A DNA stretch of 64,000 nucleotides from positions 7,655-71,654 of the IMG/VR virus record IMGVR_UViG_3300012995_000005; one strand, written 5' to 3'. A program made the translations under genes and the position numbers. A model generated the notes under the pieces. That model saw only the letters and a list, made by a program, of their open reading frames with translations, was not told the DNA's origin and ran no database searches. Below are positions 9,759 through 19,218 of this stretch, in pieces (within the stretch, counting starts at the first letter, position 1; every line of letters begins with the position of its first letter). The stretch comes from a virus.

Positions 9759-12700
9759 TCACCCGAAGAGTTTTTCGAGGGCACTATCTGATATTGAGGT
9801 TGGGACTTCCCCACGCGGGGCCGGCTGAGGGCTGTGGGCCGTCATATTGATATTTGTCTCTTTCGGTTCCGGCTTCACATTGAGTTGTTTCTCGACCCCT
9901 TTCGCAATACGTTCTAACCAGGACAGGCTTTCATCATCGTGGCTACGTGATTCATTATCGCGCTGATAAACTGGCGCCACACCACTAGCCGCCAGATTTG
10001 GGATCGGTGGAGGTGGTGAAGTTTGAAACGCAGAAATAACCTGCTGAGTGAGAGTATTTGCTTTTCCCCCAATCGCGTTAGAAACCGTGTCGCTCAGGAA
10101 AGATAATGGCGTATCAGCCATCAGGCCGGAAATGAGCGATGAAGCCCCGCTACCAACCGTATCGCCGGCCGTAGCTCCGAACGAAGACAACGGATTATCA
10201 ATATCTACACCTATCGATTGTAGCGCGCTTCTAGCTGCATCCTCCCCCACGCCTTTAACTGCTCCAATAGCAACGTTACCGATGCCTGAAGCCATGTATT
10301 TCGTCTCATCCCACCAGCTATCAGTTTCTGAATTTCCGGGGGGAGACATTTTATTGCGAGATTTTTTCACCTCATTTGCCGGGACGATCTCCATCGACCG
10401 CTCTTGAGCACCACTAACCGTAGGAGGTGGAATTAGCTCAATGTCCGCATCAGACAAGCCCGTATAACCCATTCTGCGGCTAGCACGCCCTTGAAGAACT
10501 GCGATGGCATCTGGCAAGCCAGACGCACCTTGCAAGGCCGTTGGAACTTTGTCATTTAGAGGTACTGTTAACCCTCTTTCAGGAGCCGGAACAGTCAACC
10601 CTTCAACATCAAACATCCCTGTTAGAGCTGCATCACTTTTCCCACCAAGTTCGCCTAAATACGTTGCTGCTGTATCGTAAGCCTCGGATGCAGCTTCGCT
10701 GACTCGTGAGCCGATTGTTTGCTTTTCTGGCCGAGAGAATTGAGCATTGTTTGTTATCGCCTCAAGGCCATCGTTTTGTCGCTGTTGGTTAATTATTGAT
10801 AATGTTTCTGGATTAAATTGACCAACCCATTTTCTCCCGGAGCGCGCACCAATGGCTGTTTTTATAAATTGATCGGAAACCTGCGGGGCACCGCCTTCAA
10901 TTGTAGCGATTTGCCGCATCACTTTAGTCATTACGTCTGCATTGCTTAGGTCGAGGCGATCGCTTTCCCTCACCCTCAAAGTTTTAGATAATTGAGCTAT
11001 ATAGCCCTCAGTGTCATTCTCGCCTTTTGGGGCGTAATTCGTGATAATACCGCGCACGGTATTCAGCTTCTGATATCCTACAGCTTTAGACGTCCCTTCA
11101 GCGTAACTGCTAAGCTGATTAGCCAAGGCTCGAAACCCTTCTTCTGGCGAGTCGAATTTCGCGAAGCGTCGCTCACCTTTGGCATTTGCAGCTTCCAGCT
11201 CAGCGCCGGCTTGACCTGCATATTCAAGGTTCCCAAAATTATTATTTCTAAATGACCTGGTATGTGAGTTAACCCCGCCAATATTTAGTTCACTCGACAC
11301 ATTATTAAACGTCGGAACTGAACCAGGAGTTCCACTCTGATCTTCCAATGGCTCTGCCATACCTGGCATGGTAGATTGAAGTGATCGGTCTAGGTCTTTA
11401 ATTGCCTCAGTCGTTTGCTTTGCTCCAGCTCGAATGGCTTCAACATGACTATCACTACTGGTACCAAAGAATTCTTTTACGCTACTAATACCGCTATCTA
11501 AAGACTCTTTGACGCTGCTAACGCCGCTATCAAGCGATTCTGCGATCCCATCGGTGCTAAACGTTAAGCTGTCCGCAACACCATCCATACCCAGCCATCT
11601 GGCGCCATCAGCTAAGAACCCTGCCCCTCCTGAAACTAGACCACCCATGTCGATTACGTTGGCTGCTGCATATTCGGTTTTTTGGCGCCCTGGGACTTCT
11701 TGCCCCTCAGCCAGTTTAAACGCCCCACGTTGCCCATCGTCATTGCTGAAGCCTTCAACCGCATCAATGCCGGCGCCAATAATCGTCCCGACCACAGGAA
11801 TAGCCTTCAGCGCCCCCTTTGCAGCAAGTTTCCCTGCGGCTTTCTCGGCGACCTTTTCACCAGCAACTTTTTCAGCTGCATGCTCAGCCGATGCAGTCGA
11901 TGCTTTTGCAGCGACCTTTTCATTTGCCTTAGCTGAAGCTCTACTTTGCGATACTTTCCTTCGCCGTTTAGACCTCTTGCCGGATTTTTTCTGCTTCCGG
12001 CTTTCCACTTCACTATTTGTTGATTTCTGAGGGCTTTCAGTAACTGGCGTGGCTAGTTCACCAGCCTCACCATTCACGCCGAAGACCCCTTTAATGGCTC
12101 CGTAAGCGCCGGCCGCTACTGCACCCGCACCCGCCGCTACTTTTGCTATCTTACTGCCTTTACCCTTACCTGCTGGCACTGAAGGTTTGCGCTCTCCATG
12201 CACTCCCCCTGTTGTGAGCGCTCCGCGCCCAGTTCGAATTACATCGCCGACGTCACTTGCACCGGCCAATCGCCTGAACAGCTTTACAAGCACTCCGCCA
12301 CCAAGAGCTAAAGACAAGCCGCCTAAAATACGAGATCCAATGGCCTTTCCAATGGCTTTACCACCCAGGCCAGCAAGAACACTACCCAATAGACCCCGGC
12401 CGGCACTGCCCTTTTCGTTTTTGTCTCGAATTTCACCAAGGACTCGTATGATTTCTGCGTCTGACTTCGCAAGTTGTTCCTGTTGCGATTCCATGACCGA
12501 AATTACTTTGCCTGTGGTGCTCGTACTATAAGCTTGCTGTGACTTGGTTGGTGTCACACCGGCGAACGTCACGGGTGTTTGACTCGTCGATCCTGGTTGG
12601 TCTTTGCGCTTATCTCTCCATTCCTTGAGGCTGACAACCTTATCGTTTAAACCGCTCACAAGTTCGGCGGCTTCTTTCCCTGCGCTAAAAAGAACCCCGC

Positions 12701-13442
12701 CAGCTGCCATACCAGCAACCTCAGTCGCTTCGCCATCGCCTCGTTTACTAACGATTAATGATGAAAGCCTTTTCAGCAGGCTTTGTTCCTCTGATTTCTT
12801 ACCATCTCCACCCGTCTTTTCAACAGTGTCTTTCGAGATAAAGCGCCCTGCTTTATCCCTCGCAGCCAATCCTTTAGCAACATCATGTTTTATTGATGAT
12901 TTTATCGTTTTATCTTCTTCAATAAACGGTAGCTTTTTTGCCGCATTTCCGATTTCAGAATAATGATTTTCGATTTCACCTTTTAATTTTAGAACCCGTC
13001 CAGCATGGCTTTGACTGTTACTTTGTTGCAAAAGCGTATTTTTTGATTGCAAATTACTTAAATTTGCATGATTTCCGCCCGAGCCGCGCGTGACCTTCCC
13101 GCTTTCGATGGTGAATGGTGATTTTTGACTTTTTTTGTCATTTATTTGAAATCCACCACCTGAAACAATCAGTTCAATACGCCCATTGTTATTGCGAATA
13201 TCATGCAACTGATTGCGACGAAGAGGCGAAGTGCTTTCGTTGGCAGGGGCTTGACGTCGTGCAATCTGCGTAATAATCGAGGCATTAGAACGTTGCAACT
13301 TGATATCGTTAGGTCTTAGGGAGGAGCGACCTACGATAACCCTATGTATATCAGTCAGAACCTTTAGTTCACGAGCGCTGGCATGATCTATCGCATCGAT
13401 GATTGACAGCATTTCAGATGGTGTGGTGTTAAGTGCCGGCAT
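9759..13442 (-). CDS. sit: Tape measure protein with a structural lysozyme/transglycosylase-like domain (Sit-like)
   Basis: 1227 aa, Ala/Gly-rich; RNNNFGNL...FAKFDSPEEG...YAPKGENDT lysozyme-like block. Confidence 0.85.
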   Translation of the reverse strand: MPALNTTPSEMLSIIDAIDHASARELKVLTDIHRVIVGRSSLRPNDIKLQRSNASIITQIARRQAPANESTSPLRRNQLHDIRNNNGRIELIVSGGGFQINDKKSQKSPFTIESGKVTRGSGGNHANLSNLQSKNTLLQQSNSQSHAGRVLKLKGEIENHYSEIGNAAKKLPFIEEDKTIKSSIKHDVAKGLAARDKAGRFISKDTVEKTGGDGKKSEEQSLLKRLSSLIVSKRGDGEATEVAGMAAGGVLFSAGKEAAELVSGLNDKVVSLKEWRDKRKDQPGSTSQTPVTFAGVTPTKSQQAYSTSTTGKVISVMESQQEQLAKSDAEIIRVLGEIRDKNEKGSAGRGLLGSVLAGLGGKAIGKAIGSRILGGLSLALGGGVLVKLFRRLAGASDVGDVIRTGRGALTTGGVHGERKPSVPAGKGKGSKIAKVAAGAGAVAAGAYGAIKGVFGVNGEAGELATPVTESPQKSTNSEVESRKQKKSGKRSKRRRKVSQSRASAKANEKVAAKASTASAEHAAEKVAGEKVAEKAAGKLAAKGALKAIPVVGTIIGAGIDAVEGFSNDDGQRGAFKLAEGQEVPGRQKTEYAAANVIDMGGLVSGGAGFLADGARWLGMDGVADSLTFSTDGIAESLDSGVSSVKESLDSGISSVKEFFGTSSDSHVEAIRAGAKQTTEAIKDLDRSLQSTMPGMAEPLEDQSGTPGSVPTFNNVSSELNIGGVNSHTRSFRNNNFGNLEYAGQAGAELEAANAKGERRFAKFDSPEEGFRALANQLSSYAEGTSKAVGYQKLNTVRGIITNYAPKGENDTEGYIAQLSKTLRVRESDRLDLSNADVMTKVMRQIATIEGGAPQVSDQFIKTAIGARSGRKWVGQFNPETLSIINQQRQNDGLEAITNNAQFSRPEKQTIGSRVSEAASEAYDTAATYLGELGGKSDAALTGMFDVEGLTVPAPERGLTVPLNDKVPTALQGASGLPDAIAVLQGRASRRMGYTGLSDADIELIPPPTVSGAQERSMEIVPANEVKKSRNKMSPPGNSETDSWWDETKYMASGIGNVAIGAVKGVGEDAARSALQSIGVDIDNPLSSFGATAGDTVGSGASSLISGLMADTPLSFLSDTVSNAIGGKANTLTQQVISAFQTSPPPPIPNLAASGVAPVYQRDNESRSHDDESLSWLERIAKGVEKQLNVKPEPKETNINMTAHSPQPAPRGEVPTSISDSALEKLFG

Positions 13443-13594
13443 TATCGTTTACCTGACGAATTTTTTATCATTTGAACCAAGTCATCGCACATCCTGAAGG
13501 CTCGCCACTGCGGCAATCTTTCGATATCGCCTATCGACTGCTTTCCATATAGAGCTAAGTCATGAATTAGGGTCACCCAGGAGCTTAACGACAT
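13442..13594 (-). CDS. Unlisted 50-aa ORF (T4 gp51-like / tail chaperone C-terminal module)
   Basis: MSLSSWVTLIHDLALYGKQSIGDIERLPQWRAFRM...; overlaps the pmgB 3' end; TAATG coupling to the sit start. Confidence 0.6.
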   Translation of the reverse strand: MSLSSWVTLIHDLALYGKQSIGDIERLPQWRAFRMCDDLVQMIKNSSGKR

Positions 13595-14390
13595 GACCTG
13601 GAAGGTAGTCGACACACCGAAATTGAAAGAAGAGGCGAGTGGAAATTGCCTGTCCCTCCTTAGCCAAGGTAGGGCAGTTATGAGGCTTTATGTAGAGCTG
13701 CGCCGTTCCTTTGCGGATCGTTATAGGTAGCCCGTGGCGTAACGTTTCCTGCATCTTTTTGACGTTGGCAACTAGTGGCAAGAACTCCGAGTATGTTTCC
13801 ATGCTACGGATCAGTTCATAACGCATTTCAGCCGCTTCCTGGAAGTCTCCTGGTTGCTCGGCCAGGTGTGCTTGGAGAGTGATCTCCACCAGCCGTAGGT
13901 TCGCTAATTCCGTTTCATAATTTGGGGCGTCTTCCGCCGGCAGATTTGAATACATCATTTCAAGATGTTCCATACCCAGACCGTCGATCGGCTTCAGGTG
14001 CCATTGATACGGGATGCCCTTAACAGGAATGCTGATCTCGATATGCGGGGGGACTGTTAGCAGCTCCAAATCTTCAGCTAACCCGCACAGATCAAAATCA
14101 TAGTGATGCAGCTCACCACAATGACTGCATTGATAGCTAACTGTCTGTTCCGCGCCATTCGGTTGAGAATGGGTGTGAATCCACCACAGCGCTGTGCGGC
14201 GATCTTGTGCTGTCCACTTAGCGCTATCTTGCATTACACCAAGCTGAACAGAATTCAGGTATCGAGTTGTGGCTTGCTCTTCTTGGTCTGGAGACGTCCC
14301 ACAGAACGCCAGCGCATCGTTGACAGCAGGTGCACGAAACTGGATTTCGTTCTTAGGATTTGAAGGCTGGTAGAAAATTGGAATGTACAT
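13560..14390 (-). CDS. pmgB: PmgB-like tail/baseplate assembly protein
   Basis: IQFRAPAVNDAL, WTAQDRRTALWWI and CxxC motifs; start placed at MYIPIF. Confidence 0.7.
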   Translation of the reverse strand: MYIPIFYQPSNPKNEIQFRAPAVNDALAFCGTSPDQEEQATTRYLNSVQLGVMQDSAKWTAQDRRTALWWIHTHSQPNGAEQTVSYQCSHCGELHHYDFDLCGLAEDLELLTVPPHIEISIPVKGIPYQWHLKPIDGLGMEHLEMMYSNLPAEDAPNYETELANLRLVEITLQAHLAEQPGDFQEAAEMRYELIRSMETYSEFLPLVANVKKMQETLRHGLPITIRKGTAQLYIKPHNCPTLAKEGQAISTRLFFQFRCVDYLPGHVVKLLGDPNS

Positions 14391-14398
14391 GAATAGCC

Positions 14399-15178
14399 TT
14401 AAAATTTGATAATGCTGGTGGTTTTGCTTAGAGCATCGCCGGCCATACCTGTCGCCACCGAGGACGCCAAACCAGTTAGGCTTGCGTCGGCTGAAGTGTG
14501 GCAAACAAAGGTCAGTGGGTAAGACAGAAACTCGCCAACTTGATCATAGGAACGCGTTGTAGCGCCTCTCTCTGTTGGGATTACTGAATACTCGGCGTCT
14601 AAGGTCTTATTGCCGTTGAAACCCACCCGGTAGACCCGGATGTTCATTACGTAGAAAGGGGAAAGATTGATAGTGCCGTCACGGTTTATAACCCGTCGTT
14701 TTCTGCCATCGAACCATTTTGCAATGCGTCCAGTTTGGTCATCGCGAACAGTTATTGTTACCGTGCCTGGAGTGATATGAGTTGGTTTGTTGAATTGGAT
14801 ACCGCCAATGATTTTTGCATCCGTTTCGATAGTCCCTTCGCTATACGAAACGTCACGAACGAACATGAAGAGGTCTTTCATGCCATCGGCTTCAACAACC
14901 CATTGCCAACCTTGGGCATACTGGATGCGCATTGCCATTTCCAATATGCTTTTTGCATAGGCAACTTCGCCAGAGTGACCAGCCTTGCCATTCACCATCC
15001 CACCGCCGGCAAAACCACTTGATGAACCGCCACCAAGCGCATAATCCAATGCTTCCTTTACGATATCATTCGTTCCCTGGAGGAAGCGGTTAGTGGCTGA
15101 ATCCATCGCGTCATTGAACATGCCGTTAACCGCATTTTTAAGACTAGATCTACTTGATAACCCATCAAATATGCCCAT
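14399..15178 (-). CDS. tub: Tub-like tail tube-fold protein
   Basis: YAQGWQWVVEADG and RVINRDGT motifs recalled from P1 Tub. Confidence 0.7.
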   Translation of the reverse strand: MGIFDGLSSRSSLKNAVNGMFNDAMDSATNRFLQGTNDIVKEALDYALGGGSSSGFAGGGMVNGKAGHSGEVAYAKSILEMAMRIQYAQGWQWVVEADGMKDLFMFVRDVSYSEGTIETDAKIIGGIQFNKPTHITPGTVTITVRDDQTGRIAKWFDGRKRRVINRDGTINLSPFYVMNIRVYRVGFNGNKTLDAEYSVIPTERGATTRSYDQVGEFLSYPLTFVCHTSADASLTGLASSVATGMAGDALSKTTSIIKF

Positions 15179-15189
15179 GATGCCCCCAT

Positions 15190-15741
15190 TTAAAATAGCG
15201 TTGCGCCGGCGATGATTGCCCGGTTTGACGACATTAGGGCTTCCAGATCTGCCTTGCGCTGATTGAGCGTATTTTCATCGGGAAGGGCTGACGTATCCAA
15301 TTTACCGGCGATTGACACGCGGCGCTGGCGCTCGGTATTAGGAATAGCGATAAGAACTTCCAAATAGTCTTGAATAAGGCCAATGATTGTTGGGGGAACT
15401 GTCCAGGCATCTAAAGGACGGTCGCGCAAGTTGACCAGGTAAGAAAGGATAAGGGGGTAGCACTCGCTGCCATTGAGTTCGAGATCAATTGAAGTGCCAT
15501 AATCGTCGCTATATACGAGCGCTTCACGTTTATCAACAACGTGCACTAGGGCCAAGTAGTCTTCAGGATAAGGCAGGGATACACCTGCCTCTTTTCCGAT
15601 CTTGACTCTACGCACCAAGCCAGCTCGATCCTGATATGCCGCCAGAGCCTGAATCAGAAGGCTTTCCAGCACTTTTGACTCAACCACCAGCAGAGGTGTA
15701 AACCGAGATTTGACACCATCAAGAAGCTCGTTTGGTGTCAT
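15190..15741 (-). CDS. Head-tail adaptor-like protein (probably PmgC-like)
   Basis: [17 protein letters not shown] and [19 protein letters not shown] match a recalled P1 virion protein; name uncertain. Confidence 0.6.
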   Translation of the reverse strand: MTPNELLDGVKSRFTPLLVVESKVLESLLIQALAAYQDRAGLVRRVKIGKEAGVSLPYPEDYLALVHVVDKREALVYSDDYGTSIDLELNGSECYPLILSYLVNLRDRPLDAWTVPPTIIGLIQDYLEVLIAIPNTERQRRVSIAGKLDTSALPDENTLNQRKADLEALMSSNRAIIAGATLF

Positions 15742-15745
15742 CGAA

Positions 15746-16237
15746 TTACTCCACCCAGTTGTAGATAATACGAAGGCTTGGGCGAACAGCAACAGTGACG
15801 TCTTCGGATGATAGATCCACAGCTTCAGAGTAGACTTTGCAATGAAGCAATGACCGGGTCAGGCCTTTATGATCACCGCCGTTCGACTCGGCCGCTGCAC
15901 TAATTGTGATATCAACGTATTTTTTGCCAAACACCATATCTTTCACTGCTGCAAGAACGTCGCCTGTAATGGTTTCAACGCACTGAACCTGGATCTCACC
16001 ACTATTTCTCAGTGCTCCGTGTTGGTTGAACTTCATACCACCCGGCGCCACATCTTCCATGTCTTCACGGGTCATTTCTGGCAGCTGCGCCGTTCGGATC
16101 AAGATAGAGAGGTTTTCATGCCCCTTAATCACCATCCAGTATTCCGAGCCGATCAGCTTTTCGCCGGCCGCCAGGTTCTGGTTAAAGCGCTTTTTTAAGA
16201 AGCCAACATCCGCTTTGGTGTTACCAAATCCACTCAT
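15746..16237 (-). CDS. bplB: Tail tube protein, BplB-like
   Basis: [30 protein letters not shown] motifs. Confidence 0.7.
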   Translation of the reverse strand: MSGFGNTKADVGFLKKRFNQNLAAGEKLIGSEYWMVIKGHENLSILIRTAQLPEMTREDMEDVAPGGMKFNQHGALRNSGEIQVQCVETITGDVLAAVKDMVFGKKYVDITISAAAESNGGDHKGLTRSLLHCKVYSEAVDLSSEDVTVAVRPSLRIIYNWVE

Positions 16238-16244
16238 AATTACC

Positions 16245-16841
16245 TCAAATGTACATAAGCGGTATTTCAGACTCGTTGTAAGCCGTCATACCTGAGATGT
16301 GCAGGTTCACTGTGTTGTGGGCGTACATACCTGTTATCGTGCGCGGGGCGTCCAACTCGTATTGAACTGACTGAATCACGGCATGCATAATTTTTTGCCG
16401 TCGCCCAATATCCAGGACAACAGGCTTCGGCCGGCGGCCACCTGGCAGGAAGTTTTTCAAGTCAGGCGACGCCATTTGCTGCAACGCCATAATCGCGGAG
16501 TTGACCTCGATCTGCGCATCCACTTTCGCCATGAAATGCAGCGATAAATTAAACTCCGGTGGCTTCTGGCCTTCCCACACCAGCATGCTGTTAATTTTCG
16601 CTTTTGACGTCGTGGTCGATGCCGCTTGAGTCGCATTCGAGAGGGTGCTCACGCCGGCCATAGAGCCAACTGAGTTGTTTTCAAACGGCGACGACCAAAG
16701 GCTTTCTAGCATCGCAACGCTGCCTTCCCCGATGTATCCAACGACCATGTTTGTGCCCGATGTGATGTAGGCCTTCAGGAATGGACTCACACCGTCAGGC
16801 ATTATTGCGCCACAAATCACAGAACCCCCTTTAAAGCCCAC
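16245..16841 (-). CDS. Tube-initiator-like protein (probably PmgG-like)
   Basis: DGVSPFLK, VWEGQKPPEF and LDIGRR motifs; synteny. Confidence 0.6.
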   Translation of the reverse strand: MGFKGGSVICGAIMPDGVSPFLKAYITSGTNMVVGYIGEGSVAMLESLWSSPFENNSVGSMAGVSTLSNATQAASTTTSKAKINSMLVWEGQKPPEFNLSLHFMAKVDAQIEVNSAIMALQQMASPDLKNFLPGGRRPKPVVLDIGRRQKIMHAVIQSVQYELDAPRTITGMYAHNTVNLHISGMTAYNESEIPLMYI

Positions 16842-16862
16842 CCCAAGGGTGGGCCTGATACC

Positions 16863-17594
16863 TTACAGACCGCGTTTTTTCCGCACTTTCAGCGATTTCC
16901 GGCGAGAGATATTTGCCGCTGCCGTGTGAGATTTGCGTTGCGCCTTTTTGATGGAAGCACGCTGCAATGCAGTAATGCGCTTCGGGCGAGGGCGCTTACG
17001 AATCAGTTTCACCTCTCCATTGCGGACAACTTTTTTGTTCGCCTCCAACATTGCGTCATCATCGCTATCCCCAGAGACGCCATAGATTGCGATAGCTTCA
17101 TCGTCGTCTTCATTTGCCGCTGAAATTGCATCCGCAACGGCAATTGCCGCTTCGTCATCTTCTTCATCGATCATTTGAGTGACAGAATCTTGATCGGCAC
17201 CCAACGAAACCGCAGCTTCAGCCAGGATTGACAGGACGCGGTTGTACTCATCCGTTTGGGCATCAGTGATTTCATCGTCATCTTCGTCGTCGCTAATGCC
17301 GGCCATAACCATCGCGATACCGTCAATGTCTTCACTGGTCGGGTTAGATGAACGCGCCCAATCCAGCAAGAATGAAGCCGCTACAGAACGCTCATCCTGA
17401 CGCGACCGTTTTGATACAGCCTCGAAAATGGCATCTGAGAGCGCCTTCTTGCCTTTTTCGGTGCCAGGCTGAGCCTTGCCCTTATTCGACTCCAGCAGAG
17501 CGTCAGGAGCCGCTACGGACGCTGTAAGGCCAAATGCAGCCTCTAGCAATGGGTTAACTTTGTTTTGTTTGAAAATATCCACTTTTAGCTCCAT
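16863..17594 (-). CDS. P1 gp21-like virion protein (acidic core, basic C-terminus)
   Basis: KKVVRNGEVKLIRKR C-terminus; start at MELKVD overlapping the sheath stop. Confidence 0.6.
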   Translation of the reverse strand: MELKVDIFKQNKVNPLLEAAFGLTASVAAPDALLESNKGKAQPGTEKGKKALSDAIFEAVSKRSRQDERSVAASFLLDWARSSNPTSEDIDGIAMVMAGISDDEDDDEITDAQTDEYNRVLSILAEAAVSLGADQDSVTQMIDEEDDEAAIAVADAISAANEDDDEAIAIYGVSGDSDDDAMLEANKKVVRNGEVKLIRKRPRPKRITALQRASIKKAQRKSHTAAANISRRKSLKVRKKRGL

Positions 17595-19174
17595 TAACGC
17601 AGTAAAACAGGCACGCCGATAATTCGGCGGGAAACACCCGTCACACACACTTCCCAACGCACTTCCCAGCTATCGAAACCGGTATTAGTTACAGTCACGA
17701 TATAAGGCGCGTCACCCTGGCTGGCATCGCGCGGCTTAACCAATGCATCTGCCGCCACATAACGATCGAGTAATCGAGGAATACCCTTTTCCAGGCCTTC
17801 ACGAGTTAAGCCATCAGGTTCATGTTTAAGTGCCGAGGCGAGGGAGTAGTAGTTGCGAGCGATAGAGTTCATAACGGAAATAACGTGTTGATACTTCTTG
17901 TAGTTATTTTCCATACAGGTGGTCAGCGCATCATCAATGACGATCGCACCATTCGAACTGGTCACAACGTTGAGGTGTGCTGTTGCAAAGACTTCTCGGT
18001 CAATGGTTGCGGCAGCAGGTAACGGCTGGATGTTTTGACGATTGACGACGCCACGTGAGCTTCCTGCTGGAGAGTAATGCCAGCCGCCAACATCAGGCAC
18101 TAGAGCAACCCCCTTGGCCTTCGCCGTGAATGCATCACCAGACAAACCGAAGACAACATTCGATTGGCCTAAGGGGTCACGACAGGAGAACGGGAAGTAG
18201 TACGCTGTGACGTTTTCATTGCCAGCCAGGCCAAGTCCAGCTAGTTGCTCCAGCGCCTTATCAGCCGCCAAGCGAGGGTCAACATCAGCGAACATATCAA
18301 CACGAACCGCCTTTGCTAATTCGGCAAGTTTTGCGATAGCTGTTGCATCGTAAGTGCCTAAAGTCAGGATCGCGGTATACTCCACCAGCGAGCCGTCCAG
18401 AACAGCAATTGAGCTAGCGTAATCTTTTGCCGCCAGCTTCTTGTAATCACCATCCGAACCACCAACAAACGCTTGGTTAGTGATGCCAGCAAAAGACGCG
18501 GGCAACACCACGGTATCCGAGATCAGAGCACGTAAGCGTGAGCCGTTACGTTCGAGCACATCTGGAATGAACGCAGAAAGCCCCATGTCGTCGACAACAT
18601 CGGAATTCAGCGAAACCTCGTAATTCTCTAGCGTGCTCTCAGCACCTAACGAATCAGTAGCGACCAGCTTCAGCTTGAAAATCCCAGGTTTGTCTTTGGC
18701 CGGTTCGAAGCTCAGTTTGCGATTTGTAGATTTATCGCCGTCTTCCACATAGAACGTAATTGCGGTCTTGGCCGGCAAAGTGATATCAGCGCCAAACGCT
18801 GTTGTGCTGGTGGTTGCCTTCACTGTTGAAACAGCAGGTGTGCCCGCTGTCTCAATGGTGAGGTTGATAGCAGGAATCAGCATGCCAGGCAGTGGAATTC
18901 GCACGACATATCCGTCGCCACCAGATAAAGCTTGGTTTACGTGGCGTAGAGGCTCAAAGAATGCACCTTCTTGCGGTCTTGGCGCCTCACCTAGGATAGA
19001 CGTGACGTTATTTTTGGTAATTTTAAGTACGGTGTTCGGCTTACCTTTTCGCGAAATAACCAATCCCGCAAAAACTGATGCTCCGCCTGAAGTAGAGCCG
19101 ATTGTAGCTGATGCATCGATCGGTGCAGCCGCCACACCGGCTGCCGTACCTAAAGCAAAAGGAATCTTGTTCAT
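17594..19174 (-). CDS. Contractile tail sheath protein (P1 gp22-like)
   Basis: 526 aa; GGWHYSPAG and LKHEPDGLT motifs; next to the capsid gene. Confidence 0.85.
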   Translation of the reverse strand: MNKIPFALGTAAGVAAAPIDASATIGSTSGGASVFAGLVISRKGKPNTVLKITKNNVTSILGEAPRPQEGAFFEPLRHVNQALSGGDGYVVRIPLPGMLIPAINLTIETAGTPAVSTVKATTSTTAFGADITLPAKTAITFYVEDGDKSTNRKLSFEPAKDKPGIFKLKLVATDSLGAESTLENYEVSLNSDVVDDMGLSAFIPDVLERNGSRLRALISDTVVLPASFAGITNQAFVGGSDGDYKKLAAKDYASSIAVLDGSLVEYTAILTLGTYDATAIAKLAELAKAVRVDMFADVDPRLAADKALEQLAGLGLAGNENVTAYYFPFSCRDPLGQSNVVFGLSGDAFTAKAKGVALVPDVGGWHYSPAGSSRGVVNRQNIQPLPAAATIDREVFATAHLNVVTSSNGAIVIDDALTTCMENNYKKYQHVISVMNSIARNYYSLASALKHEPDGLTREGLEKGIPRLLDRYVAADALVKPRDASQGDAPYIVTVTNTGFDSWEVRWEVCVTGVSRRIIGVPVLLR

Positions 19175-19218
19175 TTTTTTTCCTAGTAGCGCCCCAGCTG
19201 GGGCGCTTGATCAAAGGA

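Noticed and set aside
10048-12963. Many plus-strand ORFs opposite sit and other long genes
   Set aside because: Antisense shadows of long coding genes; no RBS or recognisable motifs
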